Assembly (NCBI RefSeq): GCF_003477885.1
Contig: NZ_QUEE01000006.1
Span: 111,628-175,627, forward strand
Length of the DNA: 64,000 nt
Origin: Lachnotalea sp. AF33-28
Lineage (GTDB): Bacteria > Bacillota > Clostridia > Lachnospirales > Lachnospiraceae
Reading direction: 5' to 3'
The stretch's first letter is position 1, and each line of letters begins with the position of its first letter. The position numbers and the translations under genes were made by a program. The notes below the pieces were generated by a model, which searched no databases, was not told the origin of the DNA, and saw only the letters and a program-made list of their open reading frames with translations. Shown in pieces: positions 18,553 to 28,838 of the stretch.

Positions 18553-19533
18553 ATGAAATATCGCAGTTTAGGAACAGACGGGCCGAAGGTGTCGGCGGTG
18601 GGCCTGGGAACCTGGGCCATGGCGGGGAATTCCTATGGGAAGGTGGACGATGCGGAGAGCATACGGGCGATCTGCCGGGCGCTGGAAGAAGGCATCAATC
18701 TGGTGGATACGGCGGCCAGCTATGGAGGCGGCTATTCGGAAAAGGTGGTGGGGATGGGATTAAAGGGCAGGAGGCAGCAGGCTTTCCTGTGCACGAAATG
18801 CGGCATCCATCCCAATAAAGAGCGTACGGCCCTGGAATATGACCTGAAGCCCGAAAGCATAAGAGGAGAACTGGAAAATTCTCTGAAGAATCTGCAGACG
18901 GATTACATAGACCTTTACCAATTCCACTATCCGGACCCGTCCACCCCCATTGCCGAAAGTCTGGGGGAACTGAAGCGGCTTAGGGAAGAAGGAAAAATCC
19001 GGTATATCGGGCTGTCCAATTTCAGCCTGGAGCAGATCCGGGAAGCGGTTTCGGTTTGGAAACCGGACAGCGTGCAGGTGCAGTTTTCTCTGCTGGAACA
19101 GTCAGGGCGTGAGATCCTGCACTACTGTAGGGAGCAGGAAATCGGGGTTTTAACTTACGGCTCCATCGCGGGCGGTATGCTTAGCGGTAAGTTTCAGGAG
19201 CCTCCGGTTTTTCAGCCGCAGGATACAAGAGAGCGTTTTTATCCGTATTTTAAGGAACCGGCGTTTAGCCGCTGCCGCAGGCTGGTGGACGTGCTGGAAG
19301 AGATCGCAGGATCCCACGGATGGCCTGTTTCGGCCGCCGCCATCGCCTGGGTGAATCAGCAGGAGGGTGTTACCTGCGCGCTGGTGGGAGCGAAAACTCC
19401 CCTGCAGGCTTCGGCCAATGCCGGGGCCGGGGACTGTGAGCTTAAAGAAGAGGAGCTTAAGAAGATCGAAAGGGCCTGGTTAAGGTTACAGGACGAGTCT
19501 GCAGAAACCGTAAAAGAGGGAAATGAAACTTAA
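18553..19533 (+). CDS. Aldo/keto reductase
   Basis: MKYRSLGTDGPKVSAVGLGTWAMAG...LVDTAASYGGG. AGGAAAAGG site upstream. Confidence 0.85.
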   Translation: MKYRSLGTDGPKVSAVGLGTWAMAGNSYGKVDDAESIRAICRALEEGINLVDTAASYGGGYSEKVVGMGLKGRRQQAFLCTKCGIHPNKERTALEYDLKPESIRGELENSLKNLQTDYIDLYQFHYPDPSTPIAESLGELKRLREEGKIRYIGLSNFSLEQIREAVSVWKPDSVQVQFSLLEQSGREILHYCREQEIGVLTYGSIAGGMLSGKFQEPPVFQPQDTRERFYPYFKEPAFSRCRRLVDVLEEIAGSHGWPVSAAAIAWVNQQEGVTCALVGAKTPLQASANAGAGDCELKEEELKKIERAWLRLQDESAETVKEGNET

Positions 19534-19550
19534 AGACAGGAGGAGACGGC

Positions 19551-20921
19551 ATGTTTGTTTTGGGAGTGGCCCCTACCAGGAGGGATACGAAGGATTTTGA
19601 GCTTTGTTATGCACATGAGCGCAAGGCTGCAGTGCTGGAAGCTATACGAAAGTTTGCACGGGAGCAGGGGGATATCCGGGTCGTGGATATCGATTTCCTG
19701 AATGAGGAAGGACTGATGATCGATCCGGAGGATGCGGACCGGGTATACCGGCATTTCCTGGAGCAGGGGGTGGACGCCGTGATCGCGCCCCACTGTAATT
19801 TTGGAGCGGAGGAGCCGGTGGCGCGCTTAGGGAGGCTGATGGGAAAGCCGTTTCTTTTGTGGGGCCCCAGGGATGAGGCGCCTCCCGCATCCGGACCGCG
19901 CCAGACCGACACCCAGTGCGGCTTGTTTGCCAGCGGCATGATGTTAAACCGCTATAACGTCAGATATACATATCTGGAGAACTGCCGGCTGGATTCTCCC
20001 GTCTTTTATGAGGGGCTGGATCATTTCATCCGGGTGGCCAATGTGGTGAAAGCATTTTTAGGCTTAAGGATCGCGCAGATCAGCCTGCGCCCCAGGACTT
20101 TTTTGTCGGTGAAAGTGAATGAGAACCAGCTGCTGGAGAAGTTCGGCATCGATATCGTGACCGTTGATTATACGGAGATTACATCGGAAATCCGCCGGGT
20201 GCTGGAGGAGGAAGCGGATGCGGTGAAAGAAAGGGCGGGCGGAATCCGCAGCCGGTATGACGCATCCTCCATGCAGGAGGAGACCCTGCACAATATGGCG
20301 GCCATGGAGCTTGGCATCCGGCATCTGGCAGACAAATACGGCTGCAGCTGTGTGGCCAGCGAATGCTGGAGGACCTTCAGCGTGCCCTTCGGCATCATGC
20401 CCTGCGCCGGATTCGGCGATCTGATTCAGGAGGGGCTGCCCGTCGCCTGTGAGGGGGATATCCACGGAGTGATTTCTTCCGTGCTGCTATCGGCGGCCGC
20501 TATGGGCAGAAAGCCGCATTTCCTGGCCGATATTACAATCCGCCATCCTAAGAACGACAACGCGGAGCTGTTGTGGCACTGCGGACCGTTTCCTTCCTCC
20601 CTGGCAAAGAAAGGGGTGAGGCCCGTGCTCAATTCCTGCCTGGGACAGTTCGAACTGGAGAGCGGGGCGCTGACTCTGTGCCGGTTTGGGGATGACCATG
20701 GGCGGTACCGGCTGTTTGCGGATGAGGCGGTCACCACCGACGGGCCGCCCACCAACGGCAACTATGTGTGGATCGAAACAAAAGACTGGCCGGCCTGGGA
20801 GAGAAAACTGGTAACGGGCCCTTATATCCACCACATATCCGGCATACACGGCCGTTACGCTTCGGTGCTAAGGGATGCCTGCGGATATCTGGGAATTGAG
20901 GCGGACCGGGCGGAGTGTTAA
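19551..20921 (+). CDS. L-fucose/L-arabinose isomerase family sugar isomerase (FucI C-terminal-domain-like)
   Basis: 456 aa. Resembles the short L-fucose isomerase-related proteins of Clostridia. Sits between a reductase and aldolase/kinase genes. Confidence 0.5.
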   Translation: MFVLGVAPTRRDTKDFELCYAHERKAAVLEAIRKFAREQGDIRVVDIDFLNEEGLMIDPEDADRVYRHFLEQGVDAVIAPHCNFGAEEPVARLGRLMGKPFLLWGPRDEAPPASGPRQTDTQCGLFASGMMLNRYNVRYTYLENCRLDSPVFYEGLDHFIRVANVVKAFLGLRIAQISLRPRTFLSVKVNENQLLEKFGIDIVTVDYTEITSEIRRVLEEEADAVKERAGGIRSRYDASSMQEETLHNMAAMELGIRHLADKYGCSCVASECWRTFSVPFGIMPCAGFGDLIQEGLPVACEGDIHGVISSVLLSAAAMGRKPHFLADITIRHPKNDNAELLWHCGPFPSSLAKKGVRPVLNSCLGQFELESGALTLCRFGDDHGRYRLFADEAVTTDGPPTNGNYVWIETKDWPAWERKLVTGPYIHHISGIHGRYASVLRDACGYLGIEADRAEC

Positions 20922-20991
20922 ACCCGTCTGAACTGTTACGAAATGACAGCAGATATATGAAAAAGAGAAAGCGAAAGGAGAGCTGAATAAA

Positions 20992-21831
20992 ATGGCTTTG
21001 ATAAAAGCATGCGATATTATGAAAATGGCGGATCAGGGAGGTTATGCGGCGATCGGATTCGACGCGTTTAATCTGGAGAGCATCATGTATATCATTGAGA
21101 CGGCAGAGGAGCTTAACACGCCGGTCATCCTCATGATCTATCCGGCGATGAAGGCCAATATGCCCTACAGCACCTTTGCGGCAGTGACGAAGGATCTGGC
21201 CGAAAAGGCGTCCGTGCCGGTGGGTCTGATGCTGGATCACGGCCCTGATTTTGAGGATGCGATGGCGGCTGTAGCGGCGGGATTTACCAGCATTATGATC
21301 GATTATTCCCATCTGGAATATGAGGACAATGTCAGGCTGACGCGGGAAGTAGTAAAGACCTGTCATGCGCTGGGCATCGATGTGGAAGGGGAGCTGGGCC
21401 ATGTGGGCATAGCGGCCAATGAAGCGGATTATACGGATGCAAAGAATTTTACGGAGGTGGATAAAGCGCTGGATTATCTGGAGCGGACGCAGGTGGATGC
21501 GCTGGCGATCTCTATCGGGACAGCCCACGGAAATTACGTTTCGGCGCCCAATCTGGATATGGAGCGGTTAAAAGAGATTAACGCTGTCACCGATGTCCCG
21601 CTGGTGCTGCACGGCGGCACCGGTGTGCCGGAGGAGCAGATCCGTGAAGCCATTTCGCTGGGCATCAACAAGCTGAATATGGCCACAGGCTATAACCTGA
21701 AAATGTATGATGTCATGAAGAAGTATATCGTGGAGGGAAAGGGCAGGCCACGCGCCACGGATCTGCTGCTGGGAACGAAGGAAGAGATTAAGGAATATAT
21801 ACGGCACGCGATGAAGCTGGCACGCCCCTGA
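20992..21831 (+). CDS. Class II ketose-bisphosphate aldolase (fructose/tagatose-1,6-bisphosphate aldolase family)
   Basis: 279 aa. Motifs LMLDHG and LVLHGGTG of class II aldolases. Confidence 0.8.
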   Translation: MALIKACDIMKMADQGGYAAIGFDAFNLESIMYIIETAEELNTPVILMIYPAMKANMPYSTFAAVTKDLAEKASVPVGLMLDHGPDFEDAMAAVAAGFTSIMIDYSHLEYEDNVRLTREVVKTCHALGIDVEGELGHVGIAANEADYTDAKNFTEVDKALDYLERTQVDALAISIGTAHGNYVSAPNLDMERLKEINAVTDVPLVLHGGTGVPEEQIREAISLGINKLNMATGYNLKMYDVMKKYIVEGKGRPRATDLLLGTKEEIKEYIRHAMKLARP

Positions 21832-21851
21832 CGGTATGGAGGAAAAGCGGC

Positions 21852-22859
21852 ATGGATGTGATTGGAATCGGAGAGTTATGCCTGGATATGGTGATGGAAG
21901 TCGGCCGTATTCCTGCTACGGACAGCTTTGTCCCTATGCTGGATATGAGCTGGCAGGGCGGAGGGAAGGTGCCTACCGCCCTGGCCGCCCTGACCAGGCT
22001 GGGAGCGGAGGCGGGGATCATAGCGATTACCGGCGATGACAGTTACGGCAGCTTCTGCCGGAAAGATTTCGAGAAAAACGGGATCGATACCTCCCGGCTT
22101 ATAGTACAGGAACAGGCCGCCACAAATTTCTGCGTGTGCCTGGCGGAACAGGAGACCGGCGGCAGAAGCTTCATCGGCCGCCTGGGAAGCGTCAGGGAAC
22201 TGACAGAGGAGGATCTGGATTTACATTATATTGAACAGGCGTCCATCCTGCATATATGGCAGATCAATCCTGTGATACTCACCGCAGTTTCCGGGGCCAG
22301 GGCGAAAGGCGTGAAGATCTCCATCGATGCGGACCGCTATTCGGACAGCATCCGGGACAATCTGGCGCAGATCGATTATTTTATCGGATCGGAATTTTTT
22401 TACCGCGGCATGTTCCGTGTGCAGGAAGCGGATGAGGAAGGACTGGAGGCGAATCTGAAGCTGCTGTATGACAGCGGGCCGGAGATTGCGGTGATCACAC
22501 TGGGCAGCCGCGGCTGCGCGGTATACAGTGAGGAGGGCTACCACCGTGTGGAGGCCTTCCATAATATTCAGGTGAAAGATACCACCGGGGCGGGAGATGT
22601 ATTCCACGGAGGATATCTGTATGCGCTGCTTAAGGGCAGGAATGCCGTGGAGGCGGCCAGGTTCGCGTCGGCGGTATCCGCGCTGAAATGTACGGTGCTG
22701 GGAGGCCGGGCCGGCATACCGGATCTTGAAGAGACCGAGCGTTTTTTAAAGGACGGCAGCGTGAGTAAAGACCGGTGCCGGGAATGGATCGAATTTTACC
22801 GTAAGGGGCCGGCAGGGGAATCGATGTGCGGAGGGAGCTATGAGACCGGAAGAAATTAA
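21852..22859 (+). CDS. PfkB family carbohydrate kinase
   Basis: TTGAGDVFHGGYL near the C-terminus, the PfkB signature 2. Confidence 0.8.
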   Translation: MDVIGIGELCLDMVMEVGRIPATDSFVPMLDMSWQGGGKVPTALAALTRLGAEAGIIAITGDDSYGSFCRKDFEKNGIDTSRLIVQEQAATNFCVCLAEQETGGRSFIGRLGSVRELTEEDLDLHYIEQASILHIWQINPVILTAVSGARAKGVKISIDADRYSDSIRDNLAQIDYFIGSEFFYRGMFRVQEADEEGLEANLKLLYDSGPEIAVITLGSRGCAVYSEEGYHRVEAFHNIQVKDTTGAGDVFHGGYLYALLKGRNAVEAARFASAVSALKCTVLGGRAGIPDLEETERFLKDGSVSKDRCREWIEFYRKGPAGESMCGGSYETGRN

Positions 22860-24285
22860 AAAAGCAGTATTTCAGAAAATAGATGAAAATCGGGATACAA
22901 TCACAGGCTGGGCCAATGACCTGCTGCGGATGCCGGAGCTGGGCTTTCGGGAGGTGAAGACGGCCGGCTATATGAAGCGGCAGTTTGCCGCTCTGGGGCT
23001 TTCGGATATACGGGAGGGGCTGGTGCTTACCGGCGTCAGCGGCCGTTACGCCGGCGCAGAGCATGCCGGAACCGTGGGTGTTATGGGAGAGCTGGACGCG
23101 CTGGTATGCGAGGGCCATCCGTATGCGGATCCGTCCACCAATGCCGCGCATGCCTGCGGCCACTATGTACAGCTGACCTCTGTTCTGGGCTGTGCCCTGG
23201 CGCTGCGGGATTACATGCAGTATCTGGGCGGGGATGTGGAGTTTATCGCCGTTCCGTGTGAGGAGGGCGTCAGTCTGGATTACAGGGATTACCTGGAAAA
23301 AGAGCGGGGACTTAGGCTCTTTGGCGGAAAACAGGAGTTTATACGCCGCGGCTATGTGAATGATTTGGACGCTGTGGTCATGATGCACACAGCTCCGGTG
23401 CCGGAAACCGTGATCGATCTACCGACAGGCGGCAGGACATTCGGAGGAAAGAAGATTACCATAGAAGGGAAAGCCGCCCATTCCGGCGGTGAGAGCCATC
23501 TGGGAGTCAATGCGCTGCAATGTGCGAACCTGATCATAAGCGGCATCAATGCCATACGGGAAACCTTCCGGACAGAGGATCTGCTCAATGTCAATGTAAT
23601 ACTCACGGAGGGGGGAACCTCTGCAGGAATCATCCCCGGCCGTGCGGTGCTGGAAGTGAACATACGGGCCGGCAGCACGGACGCGGTTGAGCGGGCCGGC
23701 AGCAGGATCGACCGTATTGCAGAGGGCTGCGCCTATGCGCTGGGGGCCGATGTAAAGATCAGGGATTATCCGGGCTATCTGCCTCTGCATGATGCGGGGT
23801 ATCTGGTGGATGTGATGCGGGAGAACGCGGAAGCGCTGATCGGAAAAGAGCATGTCAGCGTAACGGGGGGAACGCCGGCGATTATGACGGACACCGGCGA
23901 TCTAAGTCATTGTCTGCCGGCGGTGCAGGCAAGTATCGGCGGAGGGTTTTATGGAATGCATCACTGCAGGGATTTTGTGATGAAGGATGAAGAAGCAGCC
24001 TATATTCTTCCTGTAAAGCTGCTGGCCGGCGCCGTGGTGGATCTGTTGGCAGACCGGGCGGAGAAACTGAAACGGGTGAAGGAATCCTTTGATTACCCCT
24101 TCGGGCAGGAACCGGCCGAAGAATATGCCAAAAGGTACGGCGTATCTGTTCCCGCAAGCAATAGAGGCAGTCAGAAGCTGCCGGATAGGAGCTGTGGCAG
24201 CCAGGCGCCGGACAGGCGCTGTTCTGCCGGTACTGCGGAAGAAAGCCGCGGCACCGATGCATCGGAAAGGGGCGGCGGAAGATGA
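22840..24285 (+). CDS. M20-family metallopeptidase/amidohydrolase with a low-complexity C-terminal tail
   Basis: 481 aa. Overall M20/amidohydrolase-like. The C-terminal ~50 aa are low complexity and overlap the MFS gene start. Confidence 0.5.
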   Translation: MRPEEIKKAVFQKIDENRDTITGWANDLLRMPELGFREVKTAGYMKRQFAALGLSDIREGLVLTGVSGRYAGAEHAGTVGVMGELDALVCEGHPYADPSTNAAHACGHYVQLTSVLGCALALRDYMQYLGGDVEFIAVPCEEGVSLDYRDYLEKERGLRLFGGKQEFIRRGYVNDLDAVVMMHTAPVPETVIDLPTGGRTFGGKKITIEGKAAHSGGESHLGVNALQCANLIISGINAIRETFRTEDLLNVNVILTEGGTSAGIIPGRAVLEVNIRAGSTDAVERAGSRIDRIAEGCAYALGADVKIRDYPGYLPLHDAGYLVDVMRENAEALIGKEHVSVTGGTPAIMTDTGDLSHCLPAVQASIGGGFYGMHHCRDFVMKDEEAAYILPVKLLAGAVVDLLADRAEKLKRVKESFDYPFGQEPAEEYAKRYGVSVPASNRGSQKLPDRSCGSQAPDRRCSAGTAEESRGTDASERGGGR

Positions 24286-25508
24286 AACATGCAAAAAACA
24301 CGGCGGTGTTTGCTTACGCGTTTTCATTTGCGCTGTTCTATACGGTGTCCGGCATCTTTCTGCCGTATTTCAGGGAGACCTATCAGGTCTCCCTGTCGCT
24401 GTCGGGAACGGTTGTGTCACTGCAGAGTCTGGGGGAGCTTGCCGGCATGGCATTAGGCGGACTGCTGGGGAAACGGATGGACGGAAAAAAAGGGCTGTGC
24501 CTGTCTGCCGCGCTGCTGGCGCTATTGTTGCTGCTGATCGGTATCAGGCCGCCCTTTCCCGTGTTAATGGCCGCATTTTTCCTGACCGGAATCTGTTCCG
24601 GCATCTATATCTTAAGCGGGAGCCTTACTATTACACAGGCTTATCCGAACACTATTTCCCGCCATATGAATCTCCTGTATGCGTCATTTGGAGCGGGCTC
24701 TTTTTTGGGACCGTACCTGCCGGCGTTTTTGTTTGGGCGCGGACTGCTGTGGGCCGGCGTGTACAGGATATACGGGATCTCCTGTGTCCTCATCGCTGTT
24801 GTGTTATATGCAGCTGTCGGCAGGGAAAATGAAGGTGCAGAGACCGGCGGCCGGATTTGCTCCCGGCTGGAACATGAAAAGGGGACAATTGGGGAGAAGA
24901 AAACTGGAAAGAACAAACCTGGGAAGAACAAATCCGTACCCGCAGGAAAGCTGGTCCATCCATCCTTTCTTTTACTCTGCCTGGCCGGTTTTCTCTACAT
25001 CGGCCATCAGATCGGAGCGATATCCTGGATTCCTTCTTACTTCCGGGATTTAAGAGGGATGGGACAGGGGGCGGTCAGCATGCTTCAATCCGCTTATTTT
25101 TTAGGTATGATTGCGGGGCGCCTGCTCTGCAGCGTGCGTTTCACCGGAGAAACCATGCAGAAATACTGCCTGACTGCCGGCAATATCGCGGGTGGGCTCT
25201 GCTTCGCGGCAGCGGTTTACCTGCAGACACCCATAGCCTGCGGAGGACTGCTGTTTTTAGCAGGAACCATGACCGGAGCCACGTATCCTCTGCTAATTAG
25301 CAGCGGATGTGCCGCACATCCGGACCAGGCCGCCAGAATCACATCGATTTTAGGCGTAGTAAGCTCTTTGGGCGGAGCTGCCGTGTCCGCCACAGCGGGC
25401 ATGGTGGCACAGAGATTTACCTATACTCCGGCAATGTTATTTATCGGAGCGCTGCCTGTACTGTGCGGTTGCTGTATGCTGATTAGAAAGCGGATATCCG
25501 GCAGTTAG
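24282..25508 (+). CDS. MFS transporter
   Basis: 408 aa, 12 predicted TM segments, MFS-like. Confidence 0.75.
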   Translation: MKHAKNTAVFAYAFSFALFYTVSGIFLPYFRETYQVSLSLSGTVVSLQSLGELAGMALGGLLGKRMDGKKGLCLSAALLALLLLLIGIRPPFPVLMAAFFLTGICSGIYILSGSLTITQAYPNTISRHMNLLYASFGAGSFLGPYLPAFLFGRGLLWAGVYRIYGISCVLIAVVLYAAVGRENEGAETGGRICSRLEHEKGTIGEKKTGKNKPGKNKSVPAGKLVHPSFLLLCLAGFLYIGHQIGAISWIPSYFRDLRGMGQGAVSMLQSAYFLGMIAGRLLCSVRFTGETMQKYCLTAGNIAGGLCFAAAVYLQTPIACGGLLFLAGTMTGATYPLLISSGCAAHPDQAARITSILGVVSSLGGAAVSATAGMVAQRFTYTPAMLFIGALPVLCGCCMLIRKRISGS

Positions 25509-25607
25509 GCCGGTCCACAAATTATAGACTTCCTCTGCAAACGCATCCCTGCTATAATCGGGAGAAGAACGTGTTATGGAATTATGAGAAGCAGGAGGAG
25601 ATGTGAG

Positions 25608-26657
25608 ATGTTTCAGCCGGATTACCGCAATTTAGTGGACTGTGCCAGAAATAAGGAAGCGGCGAGACTGCCGCTGTACGAACACAATGTTTCGTTTGAA
25701 AAGATCGGTGAGATCATGAATGCCGATATGATGTCTTTGTATCAGGGGGATGAAAAGGACATCCATGAGTTCTTTCGGGTATATAGCCGCTTTTTTAAGG
25801 AGTACGGATATGATGCGGTGACCTTTGAGATATGCATCGGAGAGGCTATGCCGGGATCGGGAGCCCTGGGAGACTGCAGGGTGACACCGGTGATTCAGAG
25901 TGAGGAAGATTTCCGAAACTATCCGTGGGAAGAAGTGCCGGAATATTATTTTGAGAAGTTCGGCAAATATTTCCGGGCTCTGCGGGATGAAATGCCGGAA
26001 GGCATGAAAGCGGTCGGAGGCGTGGGAAACGGGATTTTTGAATGTGTGCAGGAACTGACCGGCTATCAGAACCTCTGCTACATGTCTGTGGATGAGGAGG
26101 AGATGTATCAGGGCCTTTTCCGGAAGGTTGGAGAGACAAACCAAAAGATCTGGAAGCGCTTTATGAAGGAGTATGGCGACATTTACTGTGTGTTAAGGTT
26201 CGGGGATGATCTGGGCTATAAGAGCAACACTCTCCTGTCCACGGATGATATCAGACAACTCATTTTGCCGGAATACAAGCCGATTGTGGATCTGGTGCAC
26301 AGCTATGGGAAACCGTTTCTGCTGCATTCCTGCGGCAGGATATTCAGTGTGATGGAAGATCTGATCAGCTGGGTGGGAATAGACGCGAAGCACTCCAACG
26401 AGGACCAGATCGCTCCGTTTTCGGTATGGGTGGAGAAATACGGAGACAGAATCGGTAATTTCGGAGGTATAGATGTGGATGTGGTCTGCAATTACACAAA
26501 GCCGGAATTAAAGGAATATATACTGGATGTTATTGCAAAAAGCCGGAATCACGGAGGGTTTGCCATTGGAACCGGCAACTCCATCCCCTCCTATGTGCCT
26601 ACGGACAATTATCTGAATATGATTGAGATTGTAAGAGAGTACAGGGGAGATTTCTAA
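25608..26657 (+). CDS. Uroporphyrinogen decarboxylase (URO-D) family protein, second paralog
   Basis: Start MFQPDYRNLV with AGGAGGAG 8 nt upstream; the track ORF starts at 25584. URO-D/MtaA-like fold. Confidence 0.6.
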   Translation: MFQPDYRNLVDCARNKEAARLPLYEHNVSFEKIGEIMNADMMSLYQGDEKDIHEFFRVYSRFFKEYGYDAVTFEICIGEAMPGSGALGDCRVTPVIQSEEDFRNYPWEEVPEYYFEKFGKYFRALRDEMPEGMKAVGGVGNGIFECVQELTGYQNLCYMSVDEEEMYQGLFRKVGETNQKIWKRFMKEYGDIYCVLRFGDDLGYKSNTLLSTDDIRQLILPEYKPIVDLVHSYGKPFLLHSCGRIFSVMEDLISWVGIDAKHSNEDQIAPFSVWVEKYGDRIGNFGGIDVDVVCNYTKPELKEYILDVIAKSRNHGGFAIGTGNSIPSYVPTDNYLNMIEIVREYRGDF

Positions 26658-26663
26658 ACGATT

Positions 26664-26727
26664 GACAAAATCATTCAACAGGCCCGCCCGCTTTACCGGC
26701 ATAGCTTCGGTAAAGCGGGCGGGCCTG
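26664..26727. terminator. Hairpin element copy 1 (bidirectional terminator-like), directly repeated at 30703-30765
   Basis: gacaaaatcattcaacaGGCCCGCCCGCTTTACCGgcatagcttCGGTAAAGCGGGCGGGCCtg, a ~20-bp stem starting 6 nt after the URO-D stop. Confidence 0.6.
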
Positions 26728-27052
26728 TTCTGGCCGGAGCTGTAACAAAAGAGGTAACGGGAGTAATCACCCCCTATACGATAAGAATGTCAATAAACGC
26801 CACCAAATATCATTTTTAGCCATATATTTGATTGTTAAAAAGTGTTATTATAATATGGATAAATACTAAATTTTTGTTATATATGTATAGATTGAGCGGA
26901 ATATAAATATTCAAAAGCGATTACCTGTAAGGAAATCTATATTGGTACTAAGCAACTAATCTATGGAACGAACCGCAGTAAAGTCTGATTTCAATATCAA
27001 TTGTGATAATAAAATCAGACTTCCGGAAGATCAACAGCAGGAGAAGGAGAAT

Positions 27053-28816
27053 ATGAATAAAGGTGTAATAAACAATATGTGGTATGTACTATTCAAAGCA
27101 TGGAAATATGAGAAAAGGCTGTTGATCGTTATTGTTTTACAGACCGTGATCGGCGTGATCCTGCCTCTTGCCGCTGCGGCGCTTCCGGCATGGGTGGTTG
27201 ATGGTATCGGAAATGGCATGGATCATATGTCAGCAGTAAAGATTGCTGCGGTACTCGTATTATTATTGGTCAGCAATACCGCGATAACATATCTTTTAAG
27301 TATGCATGGAACATATTTACTTAACAGTAAGATGGGGTTCCTATCCTCTTTATTCAGAAAAGAGATGGAAATAAATTATGCATATGCAGAAAGTCCGGAA
27401 GGTCAGAATAAGTTTCAAAATGCACTTATGTCAATATTAAACGATCATCAGGGAATCCCGGGGATGCTTTCTTTGATCGCTCCGCTTACAAGTAACATTT
27501 TAGGGTTGATCGTAAATATGATCATTATTGTTGAATTTAATGTGTGGATCGTCGTTGTGCTTACTGCTACGGCGTTCATCCATCTTTTGATAGCGGCTGC
27601 GGTTCGCAAAAAACAGGATACCCTGAGAGAGCCTCTTGCAGATTCATCACGAAAGCTGGGCTATCTCTATGAATATATGTGCGGAAATATAAGCGCCAGG
27701 GAAATAAAGATCTTTGATATGCACAAATGGATCACAACGGTCCTTGATAATGTGACGAAAAGACGTCTCGGGTTAGCCAAAAAAAGTGCAGGATTTAACT
27801 TGTTCCTATCTGTTTCGGACTGTGTCATGTTGGCGCTAAGAGATGCTTTTGCATATTTTGTAACATTTTGGGCCGTCTATACCGGGAAGATAGAGGTTTG
27901 GGAATTTGTTTTTTATTTTGGGATTATAACCTGTATATCTTCTTTTTTTACAGGGTTGACCAATACATTATCTTCTTTTGGACAGAGGAATCTGGAGGTC
28001 CATACGTTCCGGGAATTTATGGATCAGGACTGCAAGGATGAAGGAATCGGACCGGATGAGAGGAAACCGGTCACAATTGAACTTAGGGATGTATCCTTTC
28101 GGTTTAGTAATGAGGGGCCTTACATATTAAGGCATATAGATTTGACGCTGCATGAGAAGGAGAAGATCGCTTTCGTCGGGGAGAACGGGGCAGGAAAGAG
28201 TACATTGGTCAAGATCATCTGCGGGCTGTATAAACCCACGGAAGGGAAGGTGCTGGTCAATGGGGTCAATCTTGAAGAAATAAGATTGTCAGAGTATCAC
28301 AAGCTTTTGGCAACGGCTTTCCAGGATATACATATAATGCCGATGACAATTGGTGAGAATATCGCTTTTGGAGAAGCGGATTCTTATGTGGAAGAGATTC
28401 GAAGATGTTTGGAAGCGGCCGGCTTAGGCAATGAATTTTTGGATGTCAAAAAGCCCCTTACAAGAATATTGGATGCAGACGGATTGGTGCCATCCGGCGG
28501 ACAGGAACAGAAGCTGATCCTGGCAAGGGTAGCGTTCAAGCTTTTATATAAAAATGCACAGGTCCTGATTTTGGACGAACCGACGGCGGCGATGGATGCA
28601 ATATCCGAAAAAGCGTTTTATGAAAAATATCTGAGTCTGTCGCAAGATAGGAGTTGTATATTGATCTCTCATCGATTGAAGTCAACAAGCTTCTGTGACG
28701 TTATTGTCGTTATGGAAAAAGGTCAGATCGTAGAGCGTGGAACGCACGGGGAACTCATGGATGGGGATACGCGGTACAGAACGATGTATGAACTTCAGAG
28801 CAGTTATTACCGGTAA
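27053..28816 (+). CDS. ABC exporter, fused transmembrane and ATP-binding domains (heterodimer partner 1)
   Basis: Start MNKGVINNMWY with an AGGAGAAGGAGA site; track ORF from 26963. Six-TM domain plus nucleotide-binding domain: Walker A GENGAGKST, signature PSGGQEQK, Walker B ILILDEPTAAMD. Confidence 0.85.
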   Translation: MNKGVINNMWYVLFKAWKYEKRLLIVIVLQTVIGVILPLAAAALPAWVVDGIGNGMDHMSAVKIAAVLVLLLVSNTAITYLLSMHGTYLLNSKMGFLSSLFRKEMEINYAYAESPEGQNKFQNALMSILNDHQGIPGMLSLIAPLTSNILGLIVNMIIIVEFNVWIVVVLTATAFIHLLIAAAVRKKQDTLREPLADSSRKLGYLYEYMCGNISAREIKIFDMHKWITTVLDNVTKRRLGLAKKSAGFNLFLSVSDCVMLALRDAFAYFVTFWAVYTGKIEVWEFVFYFGIITCISSFFTGLTNTLSSFGQRNLEVHTFREFMDQDCKDEGIGPDERKPVTIELRDVSFRFSNEGPYILRHIDLTLHEKEKIAFVGENGAGKSTLVKIICGLYKPTEGKVLVNGVNLEEIRLSEYHKLLATAFQDIHIMPMTIGENIAFGEADSYVEEIRRCLEAAGLGNEFLDVKKPLTRILDADGLVPSGGQEQKLILARVAFKLLYKNAQVLILDEPTAAMDAISEKAFYEKYLSLSQDRSCILISHRLKSTSFCDVIVVMEKGQIVERGTHGELMDGDTRYRTMYELQSSYYR

Positions 28817-28838
28817 GAGGATGAGAGGCAGGTAGATT

